Source: Octopus vulgaris
Taxonomy: Eukaryota
DNA: 64,000 nt
Assembly: GCA_951406725.2 (NCBI GenBank)
Contig: OX597821.1
Coordinates: forward strand, 80,104,001 to 80,168,000
Direction: 5' to 3'
Below the pieces are notes generated by a model. The model did not search any database, had not been told where the DNA came from, and saw nothing but the letters and a program-made list of their open reading frames with translations. Positions within the stretch are counted from its first letter, which is position 1. Each line of letters begins with the position of its first letter. The position numbers were made by a program, and so were the translations under genes. Of this stretch, positions 26,900 through 40,257 are shown in pieces.

Positions 26900-27112
26900 A
26901 CCTGTACGTTGATCGTTTGATTTGCTAGAAATAGCATTCTTTTCTTCCACAAATCTCATCTTTCCATCATAGAAATTAGAAAGGGGCATTAGATTATATT
27001 TCATGGATAGACTAAATCTGGTTAACAAATTACGACGAGGTGGTCACAGTTAAAATGCCGTTGATCATTGTGTCCTGTAGAACGTACGACAAGGGCTAAC
27101 CAAGAACAACGA
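26900..27112 (-). mobile_element. Old dispersed short repeat family D (gttgttgtttagcccc...gatcgagcagacctatgatcaaaggcatt...gtgaccatccc)
   Basis: Diverged partial copies are recognisable at about 3380, 4500-4580, 12740-12890, 12930-12985, 16215-16295, 32738-32815, 57530-57605 and 58398-58445. Confidence 0.5.
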
Positions 27113-27162
27113 CGGCAACAGTGAGAATTCCTTAACCGCATTTATTAAAGAACTAATTCAGC

Positions 27163-27217
<55 letters not shown>

Positions 27218-28708
27218 GGTCCGGGAAATATGCTGTAGATAACTCTTAAATATAATTGTGAATGTGAAAAATCGGCATTCTCCTGCTCATTATTGTTATA
27301 CATATGTATAAATATATATACATATATATAGACACATATATATACACACACACATATGTATATATACATATATATATACATATACACATATATACATATA
27401 TATACACACACATATATATATATATACACATATATATATACACACATATATATACATATATACATATATATATATATATAGACATATACACATATATAGA
27501 CATATATATACATATACATATATATATATACACATATATATACATATATATACATATACATATATATGTACCTACACATGTTTCAACTGCAGCGATTGCA
27601 CACACATATACGTTTGTATGTATTATTAAGCATTTGTAGGATTCATTAGAATCGAGGTATTGTAACATTCAGGACACCAAACGGTTTTTTCATGACGTAA
27701 TCGAATTGTTGATGGATAACAAACGCGTTTGAAACAGCTGTAGTGAACATTAACCCATTTGTGTTCTTGTTTCATGTATGTATGTGTTTAGAAAACTGAA
27801 GTGTTTTTTTTTAAAGAATGGTGGAGTTCCTTAAAAGACATCAGCTTCGAACCCCTCGGCAGCCCCATCCCATCCCAGACCTAAAACGCGCATCTTCTTC
27901 CTGATAATGTCTCAGAGAAGTGAAAGCAAAGGTGGTGGAGAATGGCAGAGGGAGGGGAAGAACTCGAAGCCGTTTCAAGTGGAATGGTGTACTTAACTGG
28001 TTATAATTAGCTGAAAGCCCATCGTCATCAGCTGCCCTCCTCCTCCTCCCTTTCTCCATTCCCTCTCCCACCCATCTCCCCCCTCTCTCTCTCTTTCTTA
28101 GTTGCCAAGATTTCAGCTTATTTGTGTTTGTCTGAAAGATTCGACCATCTCAGCCTTTTCCCCTTTCAGGAAGCTGCGTAAATAAACAAATATTACCCCG
28201 CCCTCACCGTACAACAGAATAGCACACATTACTGTGTGTATGTGTGTGTGTGTGTGTATGTGCATGTGTGTATATTTGTATCTGTGTACATGCATGTATT
28301 CATGTATGTATGTTTGTATATCATATGTCTGAAATGTGTTTACGTGTGTGAATGTGTATCTGTGTGTGTGTGTGTGTGTGTGAGGCTGGTGTTGTTATTT
28401 TGTTTTCGACTCCTGCCTACATTGCTATCTAATATCATATGTCGGCTACACACACGCATCAGACGATTTTACACGTATACTTACACACACATACACTCAT
28501 GCATGCATACATACATACATACGCACGTACACACACATATACATACATATATAAATGCACATACAGTCACAAGCGCATACACACAAACATATACTCATGC
28601 TCTATTATATACCTTTCCGAACACTTACACACACGCACACATATACACACAAAACGACATGCACATGTATATCATCAAACACATACAAACACACACAGCA
28701 TTCTGTTC

Positions 28709-29072
<364 letters not shown>

Positions 29073-29495
29073 TAGAGTAATTTACTACGTCTTGTCAAAG
29101 TCCCCATTGCTCTACCGATGCTATTAAGAGGCTGAAAGCAACTTGGTACACAACAGTGAAGCTACCTTCATAGTCACCAGCAGAATTAATCTATCAACAA
29201 CAATAATATAGAGCAACAATCGGTTTATCTGTAACGCTCTTCGTCCGAGCAGTGAACCCCTTCTCAGACCTGTAAAGAAACTTAACAGGAAATCCAAACG
29301 CTGCGTGACAGAATCTGCAGATGAAAGACAAATTAAAGTCACCCACATCTTTTTTGTTGAAGGCTTTAAGCTGTATTCGAGTAACATTTACGACACCCAG
29401 AGACAGAGCTGGTTACATTGTCGTAAGACATAGGAACGGACTTTCGTCTGGATAAAGGCTCAAACGAGAAAAGATTGTCAACCGTAGGAGTGGCA

Positions 29496-29635
29496 TAGGA
29501 GTGGTTGTGTGGTAAGTAGCTTGCATACGAACCATATGGTTCCGGGTTCAGTCCCATTGCGTGGCACCTTGGCCAAGTGTTTTCTACTGTAGCCTGTGAG
29601 TGGATTTGGTAGAAGGAAACTGAAAGAAGCCTGTC

Positions 29636-29714
<79 letters not shown>

Positions 29715-29932
29715 CGTGTGTGTGTGTATGTTTGTGTGTCTGTGTTTGGACCTCCCCAACATCGCTTGACAACCGATGCTGATGTGTTTACGTCCCCGTA
29801 ACTTAGCGGTTCGGCAAAATAGACCGATAGAATAAGCACTAGGCTTACAAAGTCCTGAGGTCGATTTGCTCGACTAAAGGCGGTGCTCCAGCATGGCCAC
29901 AGTCAAATGACTGAAAGAAGTAAAAGAGTAAA
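29496..29932 (+). mobile_element. SINE family B
   Basis: ggagtggttgtgtggtaagtagcttgc...gggttcagtccc...(TA)n(TG)n...ggcggtgctccagcatggcc...gtaaaagagtaaag. Confidence 0.85.
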
Positions 29933-29980
29933 GAATACGGATATCAGTGGCCTCTCTCTCTCTCTCTCTCTCTCTCTCAA

Positions 29981-30445
29981 TACTCATTTATCTTATTACT
30001 CTTTAGTGAATGTCTAAATAACATGATATCACTCAAAAGCCGTCAGGACCGATCGCAAACCTCAACCTTCATTAGAATCGACGATAGTATTGCATATGTT
30101 GGTGCTGTGCTTGAAGCTTAGCATAACGAAGGAATATTTCAGCGGACTTCGGAGTGAATGCATGTCAGAGCTGTTTTCTCTCTCAAGAAAGCCATATCCC
30201 ATGAATCATTTGAAGTACTAGTGCTAGTACCAACATTTATAATACTAGATTAGATACTTGAAGAAATCTGCAGATTAGATAGGATGATACTAATAACGAC
30301 TGGTAAGTTCTATATTAACAGTGACACTGACAGGATCTATACTAAACGAAGAAATGAAGGCTGAGGCTTGAGATCGATCCTGACGGCCTTTGAGTGATAT
30401 CATGTCATTTAGACATTTACTAAAGAGTAATAAGATAGATGAGTA
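29981..30445. repeat. Inverted repeat with arms of about 93 bp and a 280-bp spacer
   Basis: 29981-30073 is an imperfect reverse complement of 30353-30445. Confidence 0.8.
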
Positions 30446-30474
30446 CAATGTGAATATACCCAACAGCAAAGGTT

Positions 30475-31120
30475 ATAACATCGGAAAATTAGGCAAAGGA
30501 CTCCTGAGTATGTACTTTGAGTGTACAGTCGTTCCATGTGAACCAAAGGTGGTTAGATTGATCTGGATAAACAGTGACTTGAAGGAAAAATACTCATCAT
30601 ACCAGCAGAAAGTTATGCATGGGTACATATCCTGCGGGTTAGAGAATGTCAACAACATCGATAGGAACAGTGGCCTCTTTGGACCTACGATAAGTACATC
30701 ACATCTGACCTAGAAGGCTATGTTTTTGCTAGCCAAGAACAGGAGATAACTACTATATATATATATCTGATCGACAACAGAGATAAGGCTGTCTCTAGAA
30801 CTCCACAATGGGATAGAAAATGTTGACTGTTCTATATTAATGCGGAAGATATCACTCATATCATCAACAACTGTATAAAAATGACTTGGAGGAGAAACAG
30901 TATAAAAACGCCCGCAAGATACTGCCTTACCATCAGGAATAGCATTGTCGTTAAAATCATCTGTAATATTAAAGACAATAAGGATGGTGCTGACGGCCAT
31001 ATAAAAGGTAGACCAGAACCAGAATATATCTACATTTTATAAATAAAGAATAGAGGTGGAACATTCCAATGAAAACAGCAGCCCGGCGTAAGAAGAATAT
31101 ATCAGATATCGTATGCTGTA
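30475..31120 (+). mobile_element. Decayed R4/Dong-like LINE segment, post-RT region to the zinc knuckle and RLE start
   Basis: Across frameshifts: YQQKVMHGYI...NNIDRNS...DKYITSDLEGYVFASQEQEITT...DRKC*LFYINAEDITHIINNC...RYCLTIRNSIV. These match the R4/Dong motifs KxMHG, EGxxFAxQEQxI and CRxCxxxxEDIxHIxxxC. Confidence 0.7.
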
Positions 31121-32096
31121 GAATTAGACCGCTCGGCGGTTGTGAATGTCTCGTCAAAAACTAGCGAGAAGAAATAATGAAAAAGTTAGAGCTCACATAT
31201 AGATTTTCATTTATACCTATTATCACTGATGCATTACATCTCATAGCAACAGAACTGGAAAAAAAACCATAAAAATTCTAAAGTTCTCTAAAAGATAACA
31301 GACCAGACTGGTTTAGATTATCCAAAAGCAATCGATTGCAGCGGACTTTGAAATCAAAACGTAAAGACCGGCGAAATACTGCTAACCATTTTGCCCGGCC
31401 TATTAACCACTCTACTAGCTCACCGCCTTATCTTTTATCCTTTACATGTTTTCGTCAATGAAGTGCGGCCATACTGGGGCACTGCTTTATCTATAAAAAA
31501 TTATAGCAATGCAATGATGGTTTTTAGTAATAACATATGGTCACCTCACTGGCAGTGTTACTGGGGGTAATGGTGTGAAATGGGATAGTGGTGGTGGGAG
31601 GGTGTTGATGATGTTGGCGGTGGGAGTGGGAGTTTCTTAGTGGTGTGAGGGAGTGCTGGTTGTTGTTGGTGGTGGTGGTTGTGCTGGTGATGTTCGGTGT
31701 GGTTATGGTTGTTGTTGTTGTTGTGGTGGTGGTAGTGGTGGTGGTAGAATAGTCGATTACTGCGACTTAGCATTCCATTGGCGCTTATTAATTCTATTCC
31801 GGAAGAATGAAATACGAAGTCGACCTCTTTAGGGGAGACAATAATGATTGCTGACACAGGGACACAAATTGTATGTATGTTATGTAGGATTGATGTTATG
31901 TAGGATTGTATGTACACCCACATACGTTTACATCTAACGCGTATCTGTATATCTACACGTATACACACATATACATATATACACCTATGCACACACATGT
32001 GTACGCATATATACACGAATAAAGAGGAGAGCTAGATAGATAGGTATGTATACATACATGTGTATATGCATAAACATATACATATATATATGCACA

Positions 32097-32135
<39 letters not shown>

Positions 32136-32425
32136 TGTATGCGTGTATGTATGCATTTACAAGCATATCATCACTAAGATGTTACTCAGAAAAAATATTG
32201 CTTATCGAAAGATAATGTTCATAAACATAGAATATGTGAAGTTAATAGACTTATAATGTACACACAAGCCTATTAAATACACGTTTGTTGAAAGCGATTT
32301 AGAAGCGAGATGGGAGAAGAGTATGCAAAAGAAAGAAAAAAAGGAAAAAAGGAGTAATGGATGAATGTAAATAAAAGCTAAAAAGAGAAGGACATATGTA
32401 CTGGAAAAAGATGTTCGTGACTTAC

Positions 32426-32614
32426 CTTTGCAAGCTTTTTTGTGGTGGATGGGCTTCGAATGGTCTCTGTAGTAGAGAGGTCGGCAGTAGTTGCACTTGC
32501 GTCCATCAGTATGATGGCGACATTTCACACAAATGCCACCACTCTTGTAGCCGGAAAGGATGTAAATCTCCCGATTGAAGTGACACTTGCGGGCATGCTG
32601 GTTACACTTGCATC
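32426..32614 (-). CDS. netrin: Internal coding exon of a netrin gene: laminin-type EGF domain 2 (V-2/LE2)
   Basis: Minus strand reads ...tttcttTCCTCTAG|GA TGC AAG TGT AAC ... GCT TGC AAA G|GTAAG, with a polypyrimidine acceptor and canonical donor. It is 189 nt, phase 1-1. The peptide [62 protein letters not shown] aligns Cys-for-Cys with netrin-1/UNC-6 V-2 ([60 protein letters not shown]). Confidence 0.93.
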
Positions 32615-32825
32615 CTAGAGGAAAGAAATTGAAAGAAGTGGAGATAGAAATGTGAAAGAAATAAGTATATATACAGTTTATCAAATTTTAAAATGATTCT
32701 TTTAAAAGAAGTAAAAATAATGAAAAAAAGACGTTATTGTTGTTTCGCCTCGGTTAGATCCGATGGAGCCGACTTATGACTTGCCGTGTTTAAGCCTGAT
32801 GTGACCACCCTGTCTTTGTTTAAAA

Positions 32826-33054
32826 CAGTGGATCTCAACACCTCAACCATTTTTTATGTATTGATTCCTTTTGGTTCCTATTTTTACTCTACCGATCCCT
32901 ATATTAAAAAAAAATTCCATTATATCTTTATAACAAAATATTATTTGGAATTGTACCAAAAAAAACTGTGAAAGCACTTTGTTATAGAAATATAATTTAT
33001 TGCACATAAACTTTCACAACAAAATCTTATAGGGACCTGGGTTGAAAGCCGTTG
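32826..33054. mobile_element. hAT (Charlie-like) MITE
   Basis: Termini CAGTGGATCTCAAC and GTTGAAAGCCGTTG. Flanks GTTTAAAA and ATTTAAAA give an 8-bp TSD with a central TA. Confidence 0.6.
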
Positions 33055-33067
33055 ATTTAAAATATAC

Positions 33068-33464
33068 TTTCCAACTCTAGGCACAAGGCCCGGAATTTTT
33101 GGGGAAAGGCCTAGTCGATTAGATCGACCTCAGTGTTTCACTGGTACTTAATCTAACAATCCCGAAAGGATGAAAGGTGAAGTCGACCACAGCGGAATTA
33201 GAACTCAGAACGTAGCGGCAGACGAAATACCTATTTCTTTACTACCCACAAAGAGCTACATACAGAGGGGACAAACAAGGACAGACAAACGGATTAAGTC
33301 GATTATATCGACCCCAGTGCGTAACTGGTACTTATTTAATCGACTCCGAAAGGATGAAAGGTAAAGTCGACCTCGGCGGAATTTGAACTCGGAACGTAAC
33401 GGCTAACGAAATACTGCTAAGCATTTCGCCCGGCGTGCAAACGTTTCTGCCAGCTTGCTGCCTT
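33068..33464 (-). mobile_element. SINE family A, long form
   Basis: Reverse complement of the 18973-19370 type. Confidence 0.85.
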
Positions 33465-34593
33465 CCATTAATTTAAAATATAGTGTACCTATTACAAGAT
33501 ACTGCCGCTCTAAATGTGGCCGTTTATGAAGATGATAGATTTGAAGGAGGTTTGGTTACTATGGCTAGCAGGCCGAACAAACGAAACTCTTGGTGGCTCT
33601 TAATATAGAATGTTATTTGATTATGTGAACAAATCTAGAGACACTATCAACATACTTGCCTTAGTCGTTTATTTATAAGTAACATATCGCTGTGAATGTT
33701 TGTTATAAGATAAGAGATATGGAAATAATACATACAACTGGGTTTGTTGTAGATTAGACGCTGTAATATCCAGCAGACGCGAACGTCGGTCATGTTTGAT
33801 AAAAAAAAAAATCTCCGCTTACATGAAAACTGTAAGCACCAACTAGAAGCTTTATCCTCCTATCAAAACGTCGTCTCAGTTCATAAAAAATATGTAAAAA
33901 TGTCAAAGGAGGATAATATCAAGTGGTATGACTACCTGAAAGTTGTTTTTGTTGTAAATGATATTGACCAAAAATATCAATGAAAGACGGGTCGGGGGAG
34001 CAAACAAACTCATAAATATCGCTGCTACTTCTTTAAGGTCGGCACTATGAAGATAGCAGTAAATGGTGTGATTGACAGTTAAGACATACTATTAGACTTC
34101 ATAGAACATCATAGATGTCATTTGAAATTATAAATATTATAGTTTTACTGCTTTTGGCACACACACACAAACACACACACACACACACACACACGTATAC
34201 ACATAAACAAACGCACACATATACACACAGACGTACACACACACATACACATTCACACATATATACTCAACTGTTGTTCGGAGTGTAACTAAGGACGACA
34301 GCACCACGTTCTGTCTGTCTGTCTGTCTGTATGTGTCTCAGTCTCTTTTCCATCTTCTGATGCAGTTCAGAAACCCGAAATATCGCTTAAATCATAGCCT
34401 AACACCATAAAAAAAAAACCGAGACTTCCGGTAACGTAGTTCTAGAAACATTATGCTTTAAAACCAAGTAAAAACAAAATTTAAAATTTAAAAAAAAAAA
34501 ACAGAAGAAAAGTACGATGGTCGAGATTGTCAAAGCTGCAATAACTGTGTTCGGAGTTCTGTTCAGTCAGGGCTGATCTTTGGCGAATTATGT

Positions 34594-34684
<91 letters not shown>

Positions 34685-34687
34685 TGA

Positions 34688-34990
34688 AAGCACATGGCTC
34701 AGTGGTTAGAGCGTCGTGCTTACGAACGTGAGGTTGTGAGTTCGATTCCCGGATCGGACTGCATGTTGTGTTCTTGAGCAAGACACTTTATTTCACGTTG
34801 CTCTAGTTCACTCAGCTGTAGAAATGAGCTGCGACAACCCTTGGATAACATCAGTGGTGTGGAGTAGGGGAGACTGGTATGCATGGGATACTGCTGGTCT
34901 TCCATAAACCACCTTGCCCGGACTTGTGCCTCGGAGTGTAACTTTCTAGGTGCAATCCCATGGTCATTCATGACCGAAGGGGGTCACCTT
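34688..34990 (+). mobile_element. tRNA-derived SINE family E inserted between (TG)n and (CA)n tracts
   Basis: A box TGGCTCAGTGG and B box GTTCGATTCCC, then ttgtgttcttgagcaagacactttatttcacgttgctc and a tail ending gaccgaagggggtcaccttac. Confidence 0.75.
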
Positions 34991-35002
34991 ACACACACAC
35001 AC

Positions 35003-35075
<73 letters not shown>

Positions 35076-35564
35076 GAGTGTTTTGGAAATTTCTTGATAC
35101 AAATTATAATATTTCGAGAGATTTTTTCTTAATCTTAACTCTTTGAGAAAAAAAAATCTTCTCTCCATATATATATATACATACATAGGCACACATACAT
35201 ATATATTTAGTAGATATTGTGTATACGAATAGATATAAAACTTCTACTGTGTATGTTCAGAGCCCCAAGTAGATTTTCATAACCCAGTCTGCTTTCTGTA
35301 TAGTTGTTTAACTTGTATAGTTGTTAATTAACTGCCATGCAGAACAGTATTACCAGTTATGTACTTCGGAGCAAAAGTAGATAAAAATAAATGTAAGCAC
35401 AAGTCTATATTAAAATTCATAGGCGCGCTTCACGATCAGGATACGTTGTGGTTGAGCATCTCTGTGATTTTGGAAGTTCTATCTCAGAACTCCAAACAAC
35501 CATAATTGTGCGCATCGGAACAACAATATAAACTTGCGTTAACCCCTTATTTTCCCTATATATA

Positions 35565-35712
35565 TTTTCAGTTTCCGTCTACCAAATCCACTCACAAGGT
35601 TTTGGTCGGCCCGAGGATATAGTAGAAGACACTTGCCCAAGGTGCCACGCAGTGGGACTGAACCCGGAACCATGTGGTTGGTAAGCAAGCTACTTACCAC
35701 ACAGCCACTCCA
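35565..35712 (-). mobile_element. SINE family B, 5' half
   Basis: Reverse complement of ggagtggctgtgtggtaagtagcttgcttaccaacc...gatttggtagacggaaactgaaa. Confidence 0.85.
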
Positions 35713-35727
35713 TTATGTAATAAAATG

Positions 35728-35810
35728 AGCAAATCTTTGGCGGGACTCAAGAGTCATATACGGGCCTCAAGAGTCATATACGGGCCTCAAGAGTCATAAA
35801 CGGGCCTCAC
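35728..35810 (+). repeat. Three tandem 20-bp units (ctcaagagtcatatacgggc) derived from an RTE zinc-finger tail
   Basis: The first unit reads KSLAGLKSHIRA, homologous to RSLAELKSHIRSQH at 47005-47241. Confidence 0.65.
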
Positions 35811-35874
35811 ATTGCATTATCAATGACTCTCTTCAATGCTTCTTTCTAGCAATGCGCGTAGGTATTTATGTTGC

Positions 35875-36130
35875 TTAGCTTTATTTCTAGATTTTTTGTC
35901 AATGAAGAATGATCTGGTTTCTAATCTTGATCCAAGGCTCATTCATTGGATTTTCAACATGTGCATGTATGTGTGTATATGTGCAAGTGTTTTGGAGTCA
36001 GTGCATGTGCAAATCTTTATGTTTTGTTTTATGCATGCCTGCGTGTATTGTATGTATGTACGTATTTATGTACGCATGCATGCTTGTAAGTGTATATGTA
36101 TGTGTGTAAGTGTAGGTATTTAGACATGTC
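35875..36130 (-). mobile_element. 3' UTR copy of the R4/Dong-like LINE
   Basis: The reverse complement contains catgtctaaata, cataaaacaaaacata and tgttgaaaatccaatgaatgagccttggatcaagattagaaacc, matching 59330-59520. Confidence 0.6.
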
Positions 36131-36644
36131 TACGTATTAGCTTAGACTTTGCACATTTTGGTGTAAGGTCCACATGATACAATACGTGAACAACAACAAC
36201 AGCAACACAAACAGGGGGACACGTATACAAAAATTAAAAAATGACGAAAAACCACAAAAACGAACAAATCAAATAAATGATGTGCTGATAGACAGACATA
36301 AACGGAGAGAGAGAGAGAGAGAGAGAGAGTGGGAGAAAAGGGAAGGGCAAAGTAGAAAAGGGGAGGATTACTCTCGAGAATGGGAAGTTTGAGATCAGAG
36401 AAATGCAATATATGTCGACTTATGGTAGCAGCGGTATTTCCTAAATATGTATGTTGGGGTTGTTGTTCATGTTTATGTACATGGAACACCACACGCGCAC
36501 GCGCACACACACACTCACACACACAAACACATCTATAAATAGAGAGATAGACCGAAAGACAGACAGACGAGCAGGCAGATACTCAGAATCAGATGGATGG
36601 ATAGATAGACAGACAGACAGACAGACAGAGACAGACAGACAGAC

Positions 36645-36696
<52 letters not shown>

Positions 36697-36780
36697 TGAC
36701 ATGTGTGTGCGCATAAACACGCACATAGACACACGTGTGATCATACATAGATATATATATATATACACATACACACACAC

Positions 36781-36823
<43 letters not shown>

Positions 36824-37100
36824 GAGGGATAGAAAGTTAGACAAACATAAATTATTATTGAGAACTCATGACTGGCAAAAAACAAAATGGCTTGCAAACG
36901 ATTTTGCTATTTTATTACGTCACTAAATCATCGCGCTCTGAGTTCCAATCCCGCTTTCTATTCTCTCGGCTTGATGAAATAAAGTACCAGCTAACTACTG
37001 GGGTCATCGATTTAATTTATAACTAATCCCTCGCTGTAAAGTCTTCAACATATTATCAGAAATTACTGTTAGTATTATTATTATTATTATTATTATTATA

Positions 37101-37141
<41 letters not shown>

Positions 37142-37416
37142 TGTTATTATTATTATTCCAGCAAAAGGCTGTGAGCTGGCAGACACGTTAGCACGCCGTG
37201 TGAAATGCTTAGCGGTATTTCGTCTGCCGCTACGTTCCGAGTTCAAATTCCGCCGAGGTCGACTTTGCTTTTCATCTTTTCGGGGTTGATTAAATAAATA
37301 CCAGTTACGCGCTGGAGTCGATGTAATCGCCTTAATCTCCTCCCCCAACCTGTCCTTGTGGCAAAAATTTGGAATCTATTATCAGAAATTACCGTTAGTA
37401 TTACTATTCCACCGAA

Positions 37417-37632
37417 AGGCGGCAAACTGGCTGAATCGTTAGCACGCCGGGCGAAATGCTTAACGGTATTTCGTCTGTCTACGTTCTGAGTTCAAATTCC
37501 GCCAAGGTTGACTTTGCCTTTCATCCTTTCGGGGGTCGATAAATTAAGTACCAGTTGCGTACAGGGGTCGATCTAATTGACTACCCCCCCCCCCCATCCC
37601 AAAAGTTTTAGGCCTTGTGCCTAGAGTAGAAA
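37417..37632 (+). mobile_element. SINE family A in a cluster of 3-4 copies spanning 36930-37935
   Basis: Consensus match. Confidence 0.8.
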
Positions 37633-38402
37633 AGAAAAGAAAATATGTACCAGTCATGTACTGGATCAATGTCATCGACTTTCTCACTCCTCAGAATCGC
37701 AGGGCTCGTGACAAAATAAGAAAGGAATAAATAATTTCACTTAAAGAGGCGAGTTGGCAGAATTATTAGCCTGCCGGACAAAATGCTTAGCGGCATTTCT
37801 TCCGGCTTTATGGTCTGAGTCCAAATACAGCCGAAGTCAATTGTGCCATTCATACCTTCGTAGTCGATAAAATATGTACAAGTTGAGCACTGAATTCGAT
37901 TAACCCTTTTCCCCAAATTTAAGGCTTTGTGACTAAATAAGGGACAATTCTGTTCAGACCCTACCACTAAAATAAGCAATTAAATAAATACAGGAACGCA
38001 AAAGAACTAATTTTGAAGTCTCGTTATGTGAGCGTGACGCTCGTTTGATGCGCATTATGTCAAATAGACTCTGATCTATGTCAAATAGACACCGACTAAA
38101 AATGTCAACAACAATTCTTGTGGATGATCGAAAATTTACTGGTAGCTTAAACACAACTTCAGACTGAGTCTTCACTGTCTTAAATAATGCAGGAAAAAAA
38201 AACGAGAACTTAGAGCCGTAAAATAAAGACGAGAATTCATTGATTTTATACAAAGGGAAAAATCACAGATTACTTGGAAAAGTTAAGAATCGATTAGAGT
38301 GATTCGTAGCGAATTCATGGTATACATCTTTTTAATTCGGAGAGGATTTGCAAACAAGTGAATATTTGTACGCAGTATGTTTTTGGTCGTTAGAGCTCTT
38401 AA

Positions 38403-38788
38403 TCTCTATATAAAGCTGAAGTTGTCTGTGTATGGCAGGTTTGGTAGCCTTCAACTAATACTATTTCCTCCGAGACCCTGCGGCGCAAGTTGACCAAAAT
38501 TGATAGTATGATAGAAGGCTTGCTCTTCCTTCCGTAGAAGAAAAAATTCAAATCCGACCATGTTAACACCAAAAATTATTCACATCAAAAAGGTGCTTTT
38601 TTTCTATGAAAATCCCTATTTTTTTACGATTTTTTTATTGCTGTGTCGCCATTTTTCGGTGTATTTCAATCAGAAAAATATTCACTTAAAGAGAATAACA
38701 AGCTACATAATGCAAAACTTTTACTTTTCAAAAATTCCAGTTCTAAAGGTTCGAAACAAACCCGAGCAACGCCGGTCGATACTGCTAG
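38403..38788 (+). mobile_element. Non-autonomous Helitron
   Basis: 5' end A|TCTCTATATAAAGCTGAAG. The 3' GC-rich hairpin CCGAGCAACGCCGG lies about 10 nt before the terminal CTAG|T. It sits between A and T with no TSD. Confidence 0.75.
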
Positions 38789-40098
38789 TTTGTTTATAAA
38801 TATAGGATGTTCATGAAGTCCCTTTACAATATTGAGATTAAAAGTATGGAAGTTGTAAAGATACTTTATAGACGCGCTGTATGTACGCTTGTATGTGTGC
38901 GTATGTCTGTGTGGTTGTGTGTATGAAAGTGTGTTTGTATTATTTTATACACTGTGAACAATGGAGTTGAAATTGGTGGTGCTCATGCATAGTCCAAGAG
39001 TGTTATTGATGCACGATGTTAAATTCCAGACACATATGGCAATCATAGAGTTATGGAGCTCTTGATTGGTCGGTCTATTAGTACAATGGGAAAACAGCTG
39101 AAAACTTCGTCACCATCTCAAACAACAGCAGTACTATCATCACCATCATCATCACCATCATCATCACCGTCGTTACCGCCCTCCTCTCCCCTCCCTCTCC
39201 CTCTCCTCTTCTTCATCATTATTATCATCATCATCGACACTATCTTCATCGACGTCCTTGTCATCGTCGTCGTCGCCCATCTCTTCCTCCTCTTCCTCTT
39301 TACCACCATCACCATCATCGTCATCATCGTCATCATCATCGATTTTCCGCAATCGCGTCAATTGCTACGGACGGATATGTGAATTGATTTTTCACGTTGT
39401 CAATCAAGAGAAGTGGTTCTTCGGACACGTGGAGACGGAGTAGTAGGGGTGTGTGTGCTGGTGGTGGTGGTGCTGGCGGTGGTAGCAGAGTAGTCATCGT
39501 GTGGTGGTTGTGGTAGTGACGGCAGAAATTGCGCTCAGCACTGCTAGCTAACGAGCCATTTAACTCTTTACACGCTGCTTAAATTGGCGAGGTACACCCA
39601 CCATAGGGTTCTTTATTTGAGGTACGCGGGGTGGGGCATTTGAGAGTTAACGTCTCTCATCACAGACACATCACATCGTAATGTAGATCATACGATATTG
39701 CTCACTGAAATACATAAATATATATATTTACATTCATATATTCATACATGTATATATATATATATGCATGTATGTATGTACGTATGTATGTATGTGTATA
39801 TATGTATGTATGCATATGTATATATATGTATGTATGTATTTGCATATTTTTTAATGTCTTTACCCCATACTTTCGTGAGTTGAATTGAGCAAGCACTATA
39901 TATTTTCTTTAAGTATTAGAAATAGTTTTAAAAAGTTTTTTAGCTGCTATTTCTAATGAGTTCAGTATGTGGCAAAGTAATATTTTACTAAGCCCTTTTA
40001 TATAATGTAATAATTTGAATTCGCCTTAAATGGTCCCTTTACATACTGAACACTATAAATTGATTAATAATTAATTAATTAATTTTACCCTCAATTGT

Positions 40099-40257
<159 letters not shown>

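Noticed and set aside
32202-32684. The 160-aa ORF as a complete gene
   Set aside because: Only 32426-32614 is netrin-like and bounded by splice sites. The remainder is intronic read-through.
33780-34075. Additional R4/Dong-like fragment (…NDIDQKYQ…)
   Set aside because: There is only a faint resemblance to 30475-31120, too degenerate to call by eye.
35741-35810. CRISPR-like direct repeats
   Set aside because: They are head-to-tail 20-bp units with no spacers, in eukaryotic DNA with no cas genes.
39053-39443. Acidic D/E-rich and S/P-rich ORFs
   Set aside because: They come from degenerate (CAT)n/(CGT)n/(CCT)n trinucleotide repeats that are open in several frames, with no convincing exon boundaries.
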